A stretch of DNA of 64,000 nucleotides from Selaginella moellendorffii (lineage: Eukaryota; Plantae; Lycopodiophyta), in contig NW_003314305.1 in NCBI RefSeq assembly GCF_000143415.4, positions 1,522,834-1,586,833 of the forward strand, read 5' to 3'. The position numbers were made by a program, and so were the translations under genes. Of the stretch, positions 47,952-61,600 are shown piece after piece; position 1 is the first letter of the stretch, and each line of letters starts with the position of its first letter. The notes below the pieces were generated by a model. It was not told the origin of the DNA. It did no database searches and saw nothing but the letters and a program-made list of their open reading frames with translations.

Positions 47952-48479
47952 CTTACATCGAGTGGATCACTAGCCTCTTATAAAACCGATCTATCCCATT
48001 GTCACGCAACTCTGTCCGAGCTCGCCGATGTTAAATCTTTTGGCACACTATGGAAATGTTAGTTCATGATAAAGCTACAGCAATGAAAGAAACAAACTAC
48101 AAACATAAAATCTTTACGTGCCATATGTAAGCCGGCCACAATAACGAAAACATGTGAAGTTCTGAATTTTCGAAATCATCCAAGGTAAAAGCTCCAAACC
48201 TCTTTGTTTTTACATGGATGCTGTAGCACCTCAGTTATTGACACAACCAATTTGTCCATAAGAGATCTTTGCAAGAGATCGTCGCGATATGCTTGACGAA
48301 GGTTTCCATATTCTACAAAGGAGATTAGTGGTTGTTGATTCTACCTACATTAATCAGCTCTTCTCAAGGTATAAGCTAAGTTCCGTGTGGATTAACTTCC
48401 CTATTCCAAGCCAAGGTTCTTATTCTCTGTGTGTATTGCAAGCTAGATCTCTAACGACAAGCAATTCTCTCCACCACTA

Positions 48480-50200
48480 GACAAGCAATTCTTTGCCATC
48501 TCAGGAGGCACTCGATTCGCATGCGGGCTTGCGTATGGTTCTCACTTCGCAATATGCTGAGTTCCAGATCTTTTAAAGAATGTAGGCTATGTAAGCTTGA
48601 GCTCCGGTGCCTATCATGTCTGTGCGATTAGTAAAAACGACAATGGGGTTGAGTGCTGGGGGGCGATTGACGAGTTTCCAAGCTCTGAGCTAGAGTTTTT
48701 CTCGGTTTCATCCGGCCTCTTGTGTCTCTCAGGCAGGAGAGGTACATTGCTGGGGTGCTGTAGATCAAGCAACCATTCAATCAACCTCACAAGTTCGCGT
48801 CGGTGTCTGTGGGATCTCGTACGATATGCGGGTTGCCAAGCTTTGATTCGGCTTCTTCCATTGCTCCTCCAGGTTACAGGTTTTCTTACGTGACTGTACC
48901 ATGTGTTGGTATTCGAGCGGACAATTACGGGGTGGTATGCTGGGGTCAGGATGGTCTAGCGCTCCTTCCGAAACTCAGTTTTCAGTGATTTCAGCAGGGC
49001 TGTTTGCTGGGGGAACTCGGCTGACTAGTGAACCATTGCTAGACTTTGGTAGTGCTAGAATGTGCACAAGCGAGTGTGGGAAGAACCAGTTTAAGCTGAA
49101 TTCTACGTTGAAGGTGTTGTCTCCATCGTTTTCAGACAAAGTTTGCTTGGAGTGTTCCACATGTGGGACTGGAAGTGTTCTAGACTCCAAGTGCGCAGGC
49201 TCGCCTCTTTTCCTAAAATATAAGAACTCCCAGGAGGAAGTTGTGAGGAAGAAGAAAACAATCACCAAGGTGGCAGTATATGTAACTGTTGCTATGTTCG
49301 TCTTTGGTGTCGTTCTCTTAGAAATTTGGTCTATGTTTGGCAAAGAAAGCCCAGCAGTGCAATGGAGATTAAAGCTGAAGTTAGTAGCAAGCATTTCAAT
49401 GTCTTCAAACCAGCTCGAAGCAGCCACCAATAACTATAGCGAAGAGGTTCCTTTGGGACAGGATTCCTTGAAAATGGGCAGGAAGTTTCTATTTCTAAAA
49501 GGTAATTCACTATTCCTGTTTTTCCTCTTAAGATACTTGTAAACTCTTTGAAGAAACGTTTGTTTCCAGAAATCACCACTCTTGTCTAGTATAATTGGTG
49601 GAATTTTGCATTGAGGAAGTCTTTGAGGACGCTTTGTGACAATATGCTCATGTCCAACTGTCCGGCACCTTTCCAGTTATGGGACCAGGATGATAGCTGC
49701 ACAGGTTGCGTGAGGCCTGCACAAGTAAGCATGGCCCAAGATCATTCATATGGACGTGAAATCAGCCTACATCTTCCTTAATAACGAATGGAATGCTCAT
49801 GTGTCAAACTTTGGACTATCGTTAGACGAACCTCAAGGCAAATCGGGTTACTTGGATCCCGAGTGCAATGGCTACTCCGTCAAACTGAGCATAAAGAGCG
49901 ACGCGACAGCTTTGGAGTGGTTCTTCTGGAGCTACTTTCTGGCAAGGCAATAGAAAGTTTTATGCTGATCTTCAAAGATGGGCGATTGAGCTGGTCGAAC
50001 AAGACGAGTGGAACTCGGTGCTGGATCCAAGACTTTCACTTCCTTTGGAACCGGAGCCTTTGTATCGGGCAGTAAAGTTGGCACTGGAGTGCGCGAAGAT
50101 CAATGGAAAGGAGAGGCCATGCATGACAAGAGAGTGCAAAGTCTCTCGAGGATATCTTAGAATCCATGGTAATCACCACTGAGGTTCCACGCTCTAGAAC
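48480..50200 (+). pseudogene. CRINKLY4-related receptor kinase pseudogene
   Basis: Crinkly/RCC1-like repeats (AISGGTRFACGL, LSSGAYHVCAI..VECWG, SVGSRTICGL, CVGIRADNYGVVCWG), a Cys-rich segment and a TM. Kinase remnants IIHMDVKS, AHVSNFGLS and GKSGYLDPE. Many frameshifts and stops. Confidence 0.8.
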
Positions 50201-50325
50201 CATTTTTTATAAAAAAAAAGTATATAATGCGATCACCAACCATCTTGTAAAAATCCCTCTTTTTTTCCCAGTTTGTACACTTCATTGTCGTGGATGTTTT
50301 GCTTGACAAGAGATCTTATATATGA

Positions 50326-52942
50326 TCAGTGGCGATGACTGTTGTTGGGGCACTGGTAGCACTTGGCAAAGATTCCAAAAGTTTTGATCTGGTGGACGAA
50401 GTTCACGGTGCTGGCCCAGCCCCCAAAACCGACGCCCACAACGAACACCCACACCACCACGAAAAAGTTGAAAACGTAGACTGCTGCCCAGCTCGGCATT
50501 ATAAAAGGAGGCTTCTCCACGGCATTCTGTTTGACAAACAAAAAAAACCAAGGATCGATCCATCAGTCCTGATGTGAACACTAGAACACACGAAAAGGAT
50601 GAACAGTAGCTAGCTACAAGTTCGTAGATTCGTCCACGAGAGAAAGTGGAAAAGCATTTAAGTACGTACCTCTCGTGCAAAGGCAGTCCTGAAAGTGAGC
50701 ATATGTGCGAGGCAAGGAATGATGTAGACTGTGAAGGTGACGAGTAGAGAGCCCACGGCGGAGTTTATAGGCCCGAAGAATGGGAATATGACTGCCATGA
50801 ACCATATCGGGATCACCACAGGGATCCGGGCAGCTGCTCGAAGTAGGAACCTTGGACTTCTATGGACGCCAATTATCTTCTCCCACACGAAGTACAAGGG
50901 CGTGCAAGCAAATCCAAACGTAATAAACTGCGAGACAATGGGAAGTTTAGCTCCAGGAACGAAGATCATAGATCATCGATGATCTTTCTTACCTGGTGGA
51001 GTAGCATGAGAACCACGGCGAGGTCTCGGAAGACGTTCTTTGGAAGCAATGCCAGAGCGTTGCCGTTGTGGAGAAGCTCGTCGCCAAAAGCCCAATACAC
51101 GGCTGTAGCAGATGGTATTGTCAAGGTGAGCACATACAAGGTTGAGAAGAGGTAAACTGACTTAAACTTTGAAGGCTTCCACATAGCATGCATGATTTCT
51201 CTGCAAGAAAACCACAAACAACTTAGTTATATCATCTGGTCTTGCAAAAAGAAGTAAGAAAAAACTTGATTTGATCCGGAGGGGTATGATTTGATCTGAG
51301 CAGGAAGAACAGGAAAGAAAAAGGAGGGAATCGATGGAATGATATCGTAGGATCAAGCAAAGTGGTGCCGTGAGAATCATGATCGACTTACACAGTGACG
51401 GCATGGCCACCAAAGGTGTACAAGATGTTGGTGGCTCCAGTGAAATATTGGACGAGATTATTTGGGGCCGAATGCTTTACACCTGGGTCCTGCAAAAGTG
51501 AAGAAGTGTGAGAATTATTCATGTTAGACCACGCCTATACAAGAAGTTTAAAATCTATCCTCTATCATCTCATGATGTAGCAAAGCAGCAAAAGAAAATG
51601 AAAGATAATTCTAGTTCTACAGCAAACTTTGACGAGACAAGCTTATCATCCAGTGGAGCTTTTTTAGATGCTTCTCTCACCTTGCCATGGACGAGAGCAG
51701 TAATTGTCATGTACCAAGCCGTGTAAGTTGTCATCCCAAGCCCCAGGAAGGACCAAATTCTATAGTTGTGGAACGATGGAACCAACACCGTTGTCATGCA
51801 ACAAGCTCCAAAGATAATCGTCCATGTCCGCTTGTCAAATCTATCGCTTATGTAGTATATGTTGCTGTAACGAAAGGGAGAAGATGTTAGTGCCAATGAA
51901 GAACCAACTTACTTCTCTCTTTTTTTCTTTTCCTTTTCTCGAGAACTTGAACTTGAGCTTACCTTCCACACGCAATGAGCTGAATCACCGAGCCAAAGAG
52001 AAGAAATGTACAGTTAAAAGTGAATCCAGCGGCCTTCCAGTATGGTCCCAAGAGACCATCGAGAACTTCGAACCACTGTCAAGAAAAAATATCACTCTTT
52101 TAGCAGCGAGAACAAACTCTCGAAGTTCTAGCTACAGGAACTTTGGAAGAAGTCTTGGAGCTCTCAAAGTTCTACAGCTAAACTCTCCAAGCCTTCTCAC
52201 AAACAGCCAGAAGAGAAGAAAAGAAAGAAGAAAAAAGTTTTAAACTTTAGCATAACTCTACCTGGATGACATGGTTCTTGAAGTTGACATTCTCTTTTTC
52301 CTTGCGAGCCCGATACTCGACATAGAGGCAGCTGATAAGATAGGCAGTCCAGGAGCCCAAAAGCCCGTAAAACACTTGGAAGGTGACCCCCCACACAATG
52401 CCCAGCTGCGAGAAAGAGTATGGCAGCGTCAAAAGCACCTGTGCGACCTGTGGAGAAGAAAAGAGAAAAACAAGTAAGTTCCGACAAACAACGAAGGAAG
52501 AAGAAGAACGAAGGTTTCTTTTTGACAGAAAGTGGAGGAATCGAAGCAAAGGCGAGGAAGCTATAGAAGAACAACAAGAAAGGAGTGATCTTTGGTTTTT
52601 GCTATACGGAAGCAAAGGCGGGGAAGCTATGGAAGAACAACAAGAAAGGAGTGATCTTTGGTTTTTATACTGCGAGTGGAAGGAATCGAAGCAAAGGCGG
52701 GGAAGCTATGCAAGAAGAGCAAGAAAGGAGTGGTCTTTTGAGCTCTCACTACTCACCTGGTTGGAGGCGCAGCTAAACCAAGCATCGTAGACGGATCCAC
52801 CGTGCCAGAGGAGCTTCTTGGCGAGAGCTCGCATGGAGTTATCCACAAGCCCATCTTGTTCTTGCCGGTCCTTCTCCACCTCGGTGTAGCTATTGTTCTC
52901 GCCGGTGTGCGTCGCCAGAGCCACCAGCGATTGGAGACCCAT
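50326..52942 (-). CDS. AUX1/LAX: AUX1/LAX auxin influx carrier, multi-exon, apparently intact
   Basis: LLWHGGSVYDAWFSCASNQVAQVLLTLPYSFSQLG; FDKRTWT; PSFHNYRIWSFLGLGMTTYTAWY; EIMHAMWKP; FITFGFACTPLYFVWEK; GFGGWAS..FGIFAKCYQCP. Confidence 0.97.
52531..52740. repeat. Three tandem ~66-79-bp units in AUX1/LAX intron 1
   Basis: GAAGCAAAGGCG.GGAAGCTAT..AAGAA...CAAGAAAGGAGTG.TCTTT occurs three times. Confidence 0.85.
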
Positions 52943-55054
52943 GTCTAGAAATCTATGACGACTGCTGCAAATCTCTACGAGCTAGAACAAGTGTACTCTA
53001 GGAGCAAAGAAGAGACCTTCCCACATTGTGATCCTCGGTGTCGAGCGAGGATGCTCTATTGGGCTGTTCGATCGAGCGAAGAGGGAAAGCAAAAACTCAT
53101 CTTTGTGGCTTTCCGGGGTGTTGAGAGAAGCATAGGAGCGAGCTCCGAGCGATGGAGCTCCTCGAGGAGATAATGAGAGATGAGGAGCTATAGTTTGATC
53201 TCGATCGATTGATTCTTGGGAGGACGAGAAAAGAGGGATGGATCGGCTAGATGGGAAGAGTGAAAGAATGTATTTTCTATGGAAGTAGCATAGGATAGCT
53301 ATAGCCTATAACCCCGTTCTCTCCATCTCTCTCCATAGCTCTTCTCTCTCTTTTCTTCTTCCCTGAGAATAAAAGACAAAGACGAGGCAGATGAGAAACG
53401 CCATGACGAGGTCTCTTTCCATCTCGCTCAACTCGGATTGGACCAGGAAAAGAGAGAGAGAGAGAAAAAAAAAACCACTGTCAAAACGAGGAGCTTTTGT
53501 TCTCTTTTTCCTCTGGAAAAAGCTGATAAGAAATATGCGTATTTCTCCACAATTTCTTCCTCGTTGGATTTGGATATGATACACAGCTTGGTCGTCCAAG
53601 CTTGTTCTTTTGCTTGTGATGATAGGTACTTTTATACAGCTCCAGCAATACCCACCTACTGTCTACTATCGATCAATCAATACGAGAAACAGCAACACTT
53701 CACCAAACTAAGCATAGAGTTCTCCAAAACTTTTGATCTTTCCATTCCCTCCATCTCATGCTTAGCGATTTGCACGACCACTGTCCTTTTTCCTCCAATA
53801 AAAACCATGCCAGTGGCTACATTTACTACAGTCCTCTCTTCTTTTGGCTTTCATTGAGATACGAAATAAACTCCCGAGTCGGACGGGGCGATCAAGCTCA
53901 TAAGATCGCCCAAAACCATAGCTTAAGTGGTCTCGTCCGTACAGTCTAGAAATTTCTATGACCACGTTGTCTCGAGAGAGGTGCCAAAAGCTGATGCTTG
54001 CTTTGCTTTGCTTGTCTCTTACGAATGATCCCACTGATTCATCCCAGCTCGCATGGAACGTAACCCCATGGCTGTACGGAAAGACGAATTTTCTCTCCAG
54101 GAGGGAGGGGGTGGGGCCTCACTCACAAGTGAACGAGAATTCTTTTTTTTTTCCTGTACCAACATTGGAATCGCAACGTATAGTCGGGAAAGTTTCTCGG
54201 CCAGCGGTGGAAAACAACATAAAACAATGGAGAGGTTCTCCTTTCTATCTTCCGGAATCTCTGCCGTACAGGGGCTTGTTGTTGGCCATTCATTCTCTTC
54301 CTCGTGGCCCCGATTGATTGTACTGCGGGCGGTATGGACCATGTGGCCCATATGCTCATGATTGTGAGCATGGCCGCATGCACCATTGTCACATTCCTTC
54401 TCGAGATTTTTGTGACAATTTCTAACTATATAAAAGGTCCTTTCCTTATTAACAAAAGTTTGACTAAAATTAAAAGTTCAAAGTATTCAGATTACAATAT
54501 CTAAAATATAAATTGTCTTCAATTTAGATGAGTAATATTATTTACTATGATGCATGGTAGTATGGTGATTATGATAGTTGTAATGGAATGTGAAAGAGTG
54601 AAATAAATTGATAGAAATTTAAAAATATAAAAATATAATAATGATGGAAAAGTTATATTCTATCATGAAAAAAATACCAAATATGAAAATTTTATTTAAT
54701 TAAAATATGATAAATAAAAATAATTTTAACTCAACTAAAAAAAGAGTATATTAAAGGTGGGGCATGATCTTTCATATAAAGCTCTACATTCTTTGAATCA
54801 CCAAGTATTCCTCCAAGTACCTTCCCACCTAAAATTAAAAATAATACTTTGAGAGTTTTAATAGTTGAAATTTCAAGTATTTATTTTATAAATTAAAATT
54901 TGTTTCCATTATTATTATTGTTACTAATAAAATTGAACTTGATTTTGATTAAAAGCTTAAAGGAATATGTAATTAGCATATACATATAATTTTATAATTT
55001 TATTGTTTTAGTATAATAAATTTTACAAATACTAATATTTTAAAACATTAATTG

Positions 55055-55157
<103 letters not shown>

Positions 55158-55303
55158 ATAGTAAAAATAAAATATTTATTCACTTTCAAATAAGATATTT
55201 CCCCAAATCGACAATCTATATGCTTTAGTACTATAATTGTGTATTACGTAGGCAATATACATATATGTATTTACAAACTTTATAGTATTTATTTATATAT
55301 ATA

Positions 55304-55479
55304 TGTGAGGGCCAAGTGTACGGCTACGATACCGTATATTAATATTAGCGTAGTGGGATTTTGGTAGCTGTCGGATTGGTTTCAATCTGGACCACTCACT
55401 CTTGTATATAAACTAGGGTTTTTGGGTTAATTGATATGCACATTTTCTGTATTCCCCTTCCATATTCCAAGCACTCACA
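55304..55479 (+). repeat. 5' LTR (176 bp)
   Basis: TGTGAGGGCC...GCACTCACA; 12 substitutions versus the 3' LTR by manual count. Confidence 0.95.
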
Positions 55480-55480
55480 T

Positions 55481-55496
55481 TGGTGGAGATGAGGGG
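55481..55496 (+). promoter_or_regulatory. Primer-binding site, tRNA-Ala-like
   Basis: TGGTGGAGATGAGGGG follows the LTR and is complementary, with about one mismatch, to a tRNA-Ala 3' end (..CCCCGCATCTCCACCA). Confidence 0.75.
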
Positions 55497-55707
55497 CACC
55501 TTTGATTATCCCTAAGGAGTGCTTGAATTTGGGATTTTAGTTTAGATTTAGCTTTTGCATTGTCTAGATCTAGCTTTTTCCATTTCCTTTCTTTTTCTTC
55601 CCTTTCAGGATGTTGGTTTAGATTTAGCTTTTTGCATTGTCTAGATCTCTCATTTCCTTTTTGTTTTTTGTCGTTTCTCTTCGTTTGCTCTTTCTTCGTT
55701 TATCTTC

Positions 55708-56501
55708 ATGGCAGATCAGCAATCTCCTCCTTTGACTCTAGAGCAGCAGTTGGTCCAATTGCTTGATGCTATGCGCTTGCAATTGAACAACCAAACTCAA
55801 TTGATAGCGGCATTCACGGCACGTGGTTCAACTCCTCTTGCTCTTGGTGCCAATCTTCGTGTTCGGCCGGAGTTCTTTCGTGGGAATCCTGGGGATGATG
55901 TGTACCATTGGTTCGATCACTTCACGGTGATTGCCACATATCATTCTTGGGATGATGCTCGACATTTGCGTGAGTTTCCCACGTGTCTCCAAGGGACGGC
56001 GTTGCAGTGGTACAATGGATTGAGTGCGGCCACTCGTGGGGATTGGAGTCTTCTTCCGGACGTCTTCAAACGCGCCTTCGGACATGCCGACGATTGTGAC
56101 GATTCCTTCCAACAATTGCATCGTCTTAGCCAAGGGCCATCTGAGTCAGTGATGCAATTTGGCGTTCGTTTCCGAAGTCTTTTGCTTCATGCAGAGCCTA
56201 ATATGTTGGAGTGGATCAAGCTAGGAATGTTGTGGCCAGCACTTCGTCAAGATCTTGTCGGCCTTGTGCATGCACTTGCTCCTGCCACCCTTGACGATGC
56301 TCTTCGCTTGGCACAACGTTATGAAACATTGCCTCTTCCACTTCTTGCTGCACGTCCTTCCGCTCCACTTCCTATGAGTGATGGTCCTGTTCCAATGGAG
56401 GTTGATGCTGCTGCTACTCGAGTCCAAGGACAAGGGAGAGGACGTGGTCGTGGCCGTGATGTTTGTTGCTGGGCGTGTGATGAAGTTGGTCATACTTATC
56501 G
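55708..56501 (+). CDS. Gypsy gag, truncated in the zinc knuckle
   Basis: PEFFRG..W..HF, ALQWY, LSQGPSESVMQF, GPVPMEVD; CWACDEVGH knuckle lacks its final Cys. Confidence 0.88.
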
Positions 56502-57068
56502 TGTGAGACACAAAATCCCTAGGCCCCAAAGTGGAGCCGGAAGGGCGCCACGTGGTAGTGGCCGAAGCGAGAGCCAAACGAGCGTAACACGTTTGGACCA
56601 AAAGCTCCGACTTGAAAAGTCAAGAGCGGGAGTGGAACTCCCAACGAAGTGCTCGAGGAACGAGCACGAAGCGAGCAAAAAGCGAGGCTCCAAAAAGGGA
56701 CCCGAGATGGACCCGAGATGGAGTCCGAGATGGAGTCTGAGATGGAGTCCGAGGTGGACCCGAGATGGAGTCCGAGATGGAGTCCGAGATGGAGTCTGAG
56801 ATGGAGTCCGAGATGGAGTCCGAGGTGGACCCGAGATGGACCCGAAATGGAGTCCGAGATGGAGTCCGAGGTGGACCCGAGATGGACCCGAGATGGAGTC
56901 CGAGATGGAGTCCGAGATGGAGTCCGAGGTGGACCCGAGATGGACCCGAAATGGAGTCCGAGATGGAGTCCGAGGTGGACCTGAGATGGACCTGAAATGG
57001 AGTCCGAGATGGAGTCCGAGATGGACCCGAGATGGAGTCCGAGATGGACCCGAGATGGAGTCTGAAGT

Positions 57069-57103
<35 letters not shown>

Positions 57104-58601
57104 TCGGGACCGAGAACGAGACCGAGCCCGAGCCCGAGACCGAGCCCGAGCCCGAGTTTGAGTCTGAGTCCGAGTCCGAGTCCGAGGCCGAGTCCGAGTT
57201 CGAGTCTGAGAGGGTGAAAGCCCAAAGTGTTCGTCTCCCAGACCCTGGGGGGTTTGGTGAGCTCCAAAAGTATAGTAGGGGGAGGACTGCAGTGGAGCCA
57301 GTTTGGCCAGGAAAGGCCAGTTTGGCCCAGGAAGGCTGGACCCAGTGTTGGGTTATGAGCTGCCCACTGGGAAGTCCAAGACTAGAGTGAACACAAACCG
57401 ACAAACGGGGTAGCTTGGTGAAGTGTTCAAGAGTCGGCTCTAGTTCCCCCGAGAGATCGACTGGCCGATGCTCCCAGTCCAAGTGTGGGTGGCACTACCT
57501 ACTTGGATACCTGTCGTGGCTCAACGGAACCTCGCTCTAAGCCCATGGCTAGAGCACCTAAAGGCAGAAGGCGGGGAGAATACCCATGAGGCCCACGTAG
57601 GGCCACAGTGTTCCGAAATGGTGTCCCAAAGTCCCAGACTGTGGAAAGGAAGAGGGGTAGCCCTCTGGTGGGGTGACCAAGGACACAGTCACACAATGAG
57701 GAAGTCCTAGAGGATAGTGGGACTTAGTGGTCGGGCCGGTGGGCCTTGATCCAGTGGCAGTGTTGGCGAACATAGCCAAGGACAGAAAGGGACTTGGTGG
57801 GGACCGGAACAGAGATATTGGGGAAGGCTATTCCCCATGTCTGTAGGCATCCTAAGGATGTTAAGGAGTGGATCTGGGATGATCCCTCATGGACGGATGA
57901 CCCAGTCTTTGAGAGACGGGATGGGAATGTAGGTGGCGTTGGACCACCAGTGTAACCAAGGTAATTGGGCATGGCCTTAGCGTAACGGGCCGATACGTCG
58001 GTGGTACCTTGGGGTGTCGATAATGGGATCGGACACATGGAGCACTTGGACCAAGTGCTAAGGTTGAGTGGCATGGATGCCATTCTCGGGGCTAGCAAGC
58101 CCTAAGTCCTGAGTTGGACTTATGGAGGTTGCGAATGAGACTCCTCCAAGTGGTTAGAGGTGTGGTTAAGTGACTAAAGTAGAATGGAAAAATTAGTCGC
58201 TTACATCGGTGTTGTCGGCGCTTTCCGGATTGGCGACCTCCATTTCCTGGGTGGAGACCTTGGCCTCAGCAACGTCCCGTTGGTGCTGCTGCGGTGGAAG
58301 GTTTGGACACCGAGGTGCATCTAAGAAACAAGGAGTCGCACGAGTAATGGAGGGACCTTGCGCGAATAAGTTAGTGACCCCTCCATCTTTCTTTCGGGAG
58401 TATTATCAAGGGGTTCACTCGGCACTAGTTCATCCAGTGTTTACTTTCCAAGCTCGTTTTATAACAAGAGGTCTCCTATTATTCTCTCCGTGTTGGTTGA
58501 TACAGGTTCGAGTTTATCTTCTATTGCTTGACCTATTGTCGTCTACACTTGCGTCGTACGGCGGATCCAGTTTTCATTCTTTATGGCAACGGCCATACAC
58601 A
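56502..58601. mobile_element. Nested ~2.1-kb insert (TGTG...CACA ends, possibly a foreign solo LTR) replacing the gag end and protease start
   Basis: Gag breaks at TGTGAGACAC and protease homology resumes after GGCCATACACA. No TSD is visible. Confidence 0.6.
56695..57210. repeat. 11/12-bp minisatellite (GGACCCGAGAT / GGAGTCCGAGAT) grading into hexamers
   Basis: Directly visible; it generates low-complexity ORFs on both strands. Confidence 0.95.
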
Positions 58602-61600
58602 TGTATGTGCACGAGATGAGGCAGACCTAGTTGTGCGTGTGGGCGATCTCGAGCTTGAGTTGCAGTCGTTGTGGGTGGTGCCGAGTCAAGCTTTTGACCT
58701 CATTCTTGGTATGGATTGGTTGCAGCACAATCATGCCAAGTGTGACTTTGAGGCTTCTCCCCCTTGTCTCATACTTCCTTATGTTTCATCCATACCTCTC
58801 ACTTCTATCCCTCTTCGTCCCTCTACTTCTACCTCTATTTCAATTACTTTTGTTTCCCCACTATTTCCTCCTATGTTTCCATCTTGTTTTGCTCTTCCCT
58901 TTTTCGATCCCTCCGACGATCTTTGTGTTGTAGCGGTTGACTAGCTTATGAAGGAGTATTCTGATCTCTTTGAATTTGACCTATCGTCTAGGGCCAAGAT
59001 TGCCACACGTCATTCGATTCCAACTGGGGATGCTCGTCCAATCAAAGTTCCTGTTCGTCGTCGGTCACCCAAGGAGATCAAGATTTTACGTGCAAACGTC
59101 AAGGAGATGTTGGAGAAGGGTGTTATTCGGAAGTCGCGGAGTCCTTGGGCATGTGAACCTCATCTTGTGATGAAGCCTGATGGGAGTATTTGTTTCTGCA
59201 TTGACTATCGTCCGTTAAATGAAGTGACGATCCCGGATGTGTACCCTCTTCCTCACACTACTGATCTCTTGGATCGTCTCGGGCGAAGTCGTTGGTTCAC
59301 CAAGCTAGATCTTGCTTCTGGGTACTGGCAAGTACCAATGGCCGCAAAAAATATTCCTAAGACTGCTTTTCATACACCGTTTGGTTTGTACGAGTTCTTG
59401 GTGATGCCGTTTGGTTTGAACAACGCTGCAGCAACTTTCCAGCGGATGATGGACGAGGTTCTTTGTGATATGCCAGAAATGACTACCGACTTCATTGATG
59501 ATGTCTTGATTCACTCGGAGGGGACGTGGGAGGAGCACGTTCATGATGTTTGTAAAGTGTTGGATCGGCTACGCGATGTTGGTTTAAGGCTGAAGCGGTC
59601 GAAGTGTGTGTTTAGGTCCAAGGATACAACTTATCTTGGGTACTGTATTTCTCGTGAGGGTTTGCAAGTTGATTCTGACAAGCTTGTGGCTGTTCTAAAG
59701 TTCCCTACTCCGAAATGTGTGAATGATGTGCAGCGCTTCTTGGGCAAGGTGCAGTATCTCGGTCGTTTTGTGGATCATCTTTCTGATCGCACTGCACCAT
59801 TGCGAGCGTTGCTGAAGTCATCAACATCATCTTTCATCTGGTCTCCGGATTGTGAGCGGGCATTCGGGGATCTCAAAGAGCTATTAACGACTCCTCCGGT
59901 TTTGGCATATCCTGACTACACTCGACCTTTTATTTTGCGCGTGGATGCTTCTGACATTGGTCTTGGAGGTGTGTTGATGCAAGAGAGTTCGAGTGTGCCT
60001 GGTCAACGCCATCCTATTGCGTATATAAGCCGTACATTACAACCAGTGGAGATGAATTACTCCACAACGGAGAAGGAGTGTTTAGCAGCAATTTGGGGTT
60101 TCGAGAAACTTCATGCATATCTACATGGTTCTCGAACGTTACTTGAAGGTGACCATGCTGCTGTTACTTCATTATTGAAGCGGAAGAACCTGGTTGGTCG
60201 TACTGCTCGGTGGGCTTTGAAGCTTCAGATATATGATTTTGATGTTGTTCATCGCCCAGGGAGTTCTATGGCTGATATTGATGCCCTTTCTCGAGCTCCT
60301 CTTCCTTCTTCACTCACTTCTCATGTTTCTGACGAACCTGTTGTTCCAGCATCTGTGGATTTTCTAGACGAGGATTCTGTGCCGTCAGCGGTTGCTGTCC
60401 TTGATGTTCAGTGTCCACAAGGCGCAGAGTAAAATCTACCTTCTCTTGATGATGTTTGTGAGGCTCAAAAGATTGAGCCGTCGATTCAAAGGCTTCGAGA
60501 TGGGTTTGAGAATCCTGCATCACTTGCTGATGACTTGCCTTTCCGGCATTTACATTCTCAATATCGCCTTGAAGATGGCCTTCTTTATTTTGTGGGGACG
60601 GATCCTGAGGATCATTTACAGCAGTTGTGCCTTTTGTCTTTATTTCGCGGTTTCTCCATGCCTACCATGATTCTTTTGTTCTAGGTGGGCATATGGGACA
60701 CCGTCGTGTTCTAGGTGGGCATATGGGACACCATCGTGTAACCGAGAAGTTGCGGAGGTCTTTTTACTGGCCGGAGATGCAACGTGATGTTATCCAGTAT
60801 GTGCGTAGCTGCGTTTGGTGCTAAGCTCGTAATACTCCCCCTCGTGCTACGGAAGGACGGTTGGAGTCAATTGTGGTTTCCCGTCCATTTGAGTTGGTGA
60901 TGTTTGATCTTATGGGACCTTTTCCATGGTCAACTGCTGGCAATGAATATGTTATTATTGCTTCTGACTACTTGACTCGTTGGGTGGAAGTTGGTGCTCT
61001 TGCTAGCGCCTCTGCAACTGTTGTTAGCTATTTCCTCCTCAATCGAGTGGTGTTCCAGCAATCTTGTCCAGAGTGGATTCTTTCTGATAATGGTCCCGCA
61101 TTTATGGCTGAGGTATTTCATGTTTTGACATCTCGGTTGGGGATACGCCACACTTTCACGAGTGCTTATCATCCACAATCAAACGGTCTGGTGGAGCGGC
61201 TCGTTCGGACATTTAAAGGGATGATTGCGAAGTATGTGAACTTTCAGCATTCAGATTGGGATGGTTATTTGCCGTCTCTTCGGTATGCATATGTCACAGG
61301 GGTGTAAAGTTCTGTTGGTGGTTCACCATATAAACTCTTATATGGTCATGATCCAATATTACCAACGGAGCTGGGTTTACCTTCGCGATTGCTGTGAGCT
61401 GCCGATGCTAGGTCGTGGGATCAGTATTTGACGAGCATTCTTCCATTTGTCTAAGCAAAGTCTGTCGAACACTTAGGCCGCGTACAAGTAAAACAACAAT
61501 GGCGCTACAACTCTCATCATTGTCCACCTGCGGAGTACAAAGTGGATGATTTGGTGTTAGTCCGTTTTCCCCATCTTACGGTACGTGGTTTATCTAAGGG

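Noticed and set aside
35743-52942. Functional growth-signalling cluster (EXO receptors, CR4-like, AUX1)
   Set aside because: Proximity alone in a gene-dense genome is not evidence of co-function.
53968-54018. Two TGTCTC auxin-response hexamers upstream of AUX1/LAX
   Set aside because: Hexamers occur by chance, and the spacing is not a recognised ARF composite site.
54340-54381. Short hairpin upstream of AUX1/LAX (CATGTGGCC..ATGCTCA/TGAGCAT..GGCCGCATG) as a miRNA precursor
   Set aside because: The stem is too short and interrupted, and I recognise no known miRNA.
56695-57060. CRISPR-like regular repeats
   Set aside because: There are no unique spacers or cas genes, and the context is eukaryotic.
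56496-57482. Long low-complexity ORFs on both strands (SDSISD, ESEMESE, SRTP)
   Set aside because: They are by-products of a stop-free minisatellite and show no domain signal.
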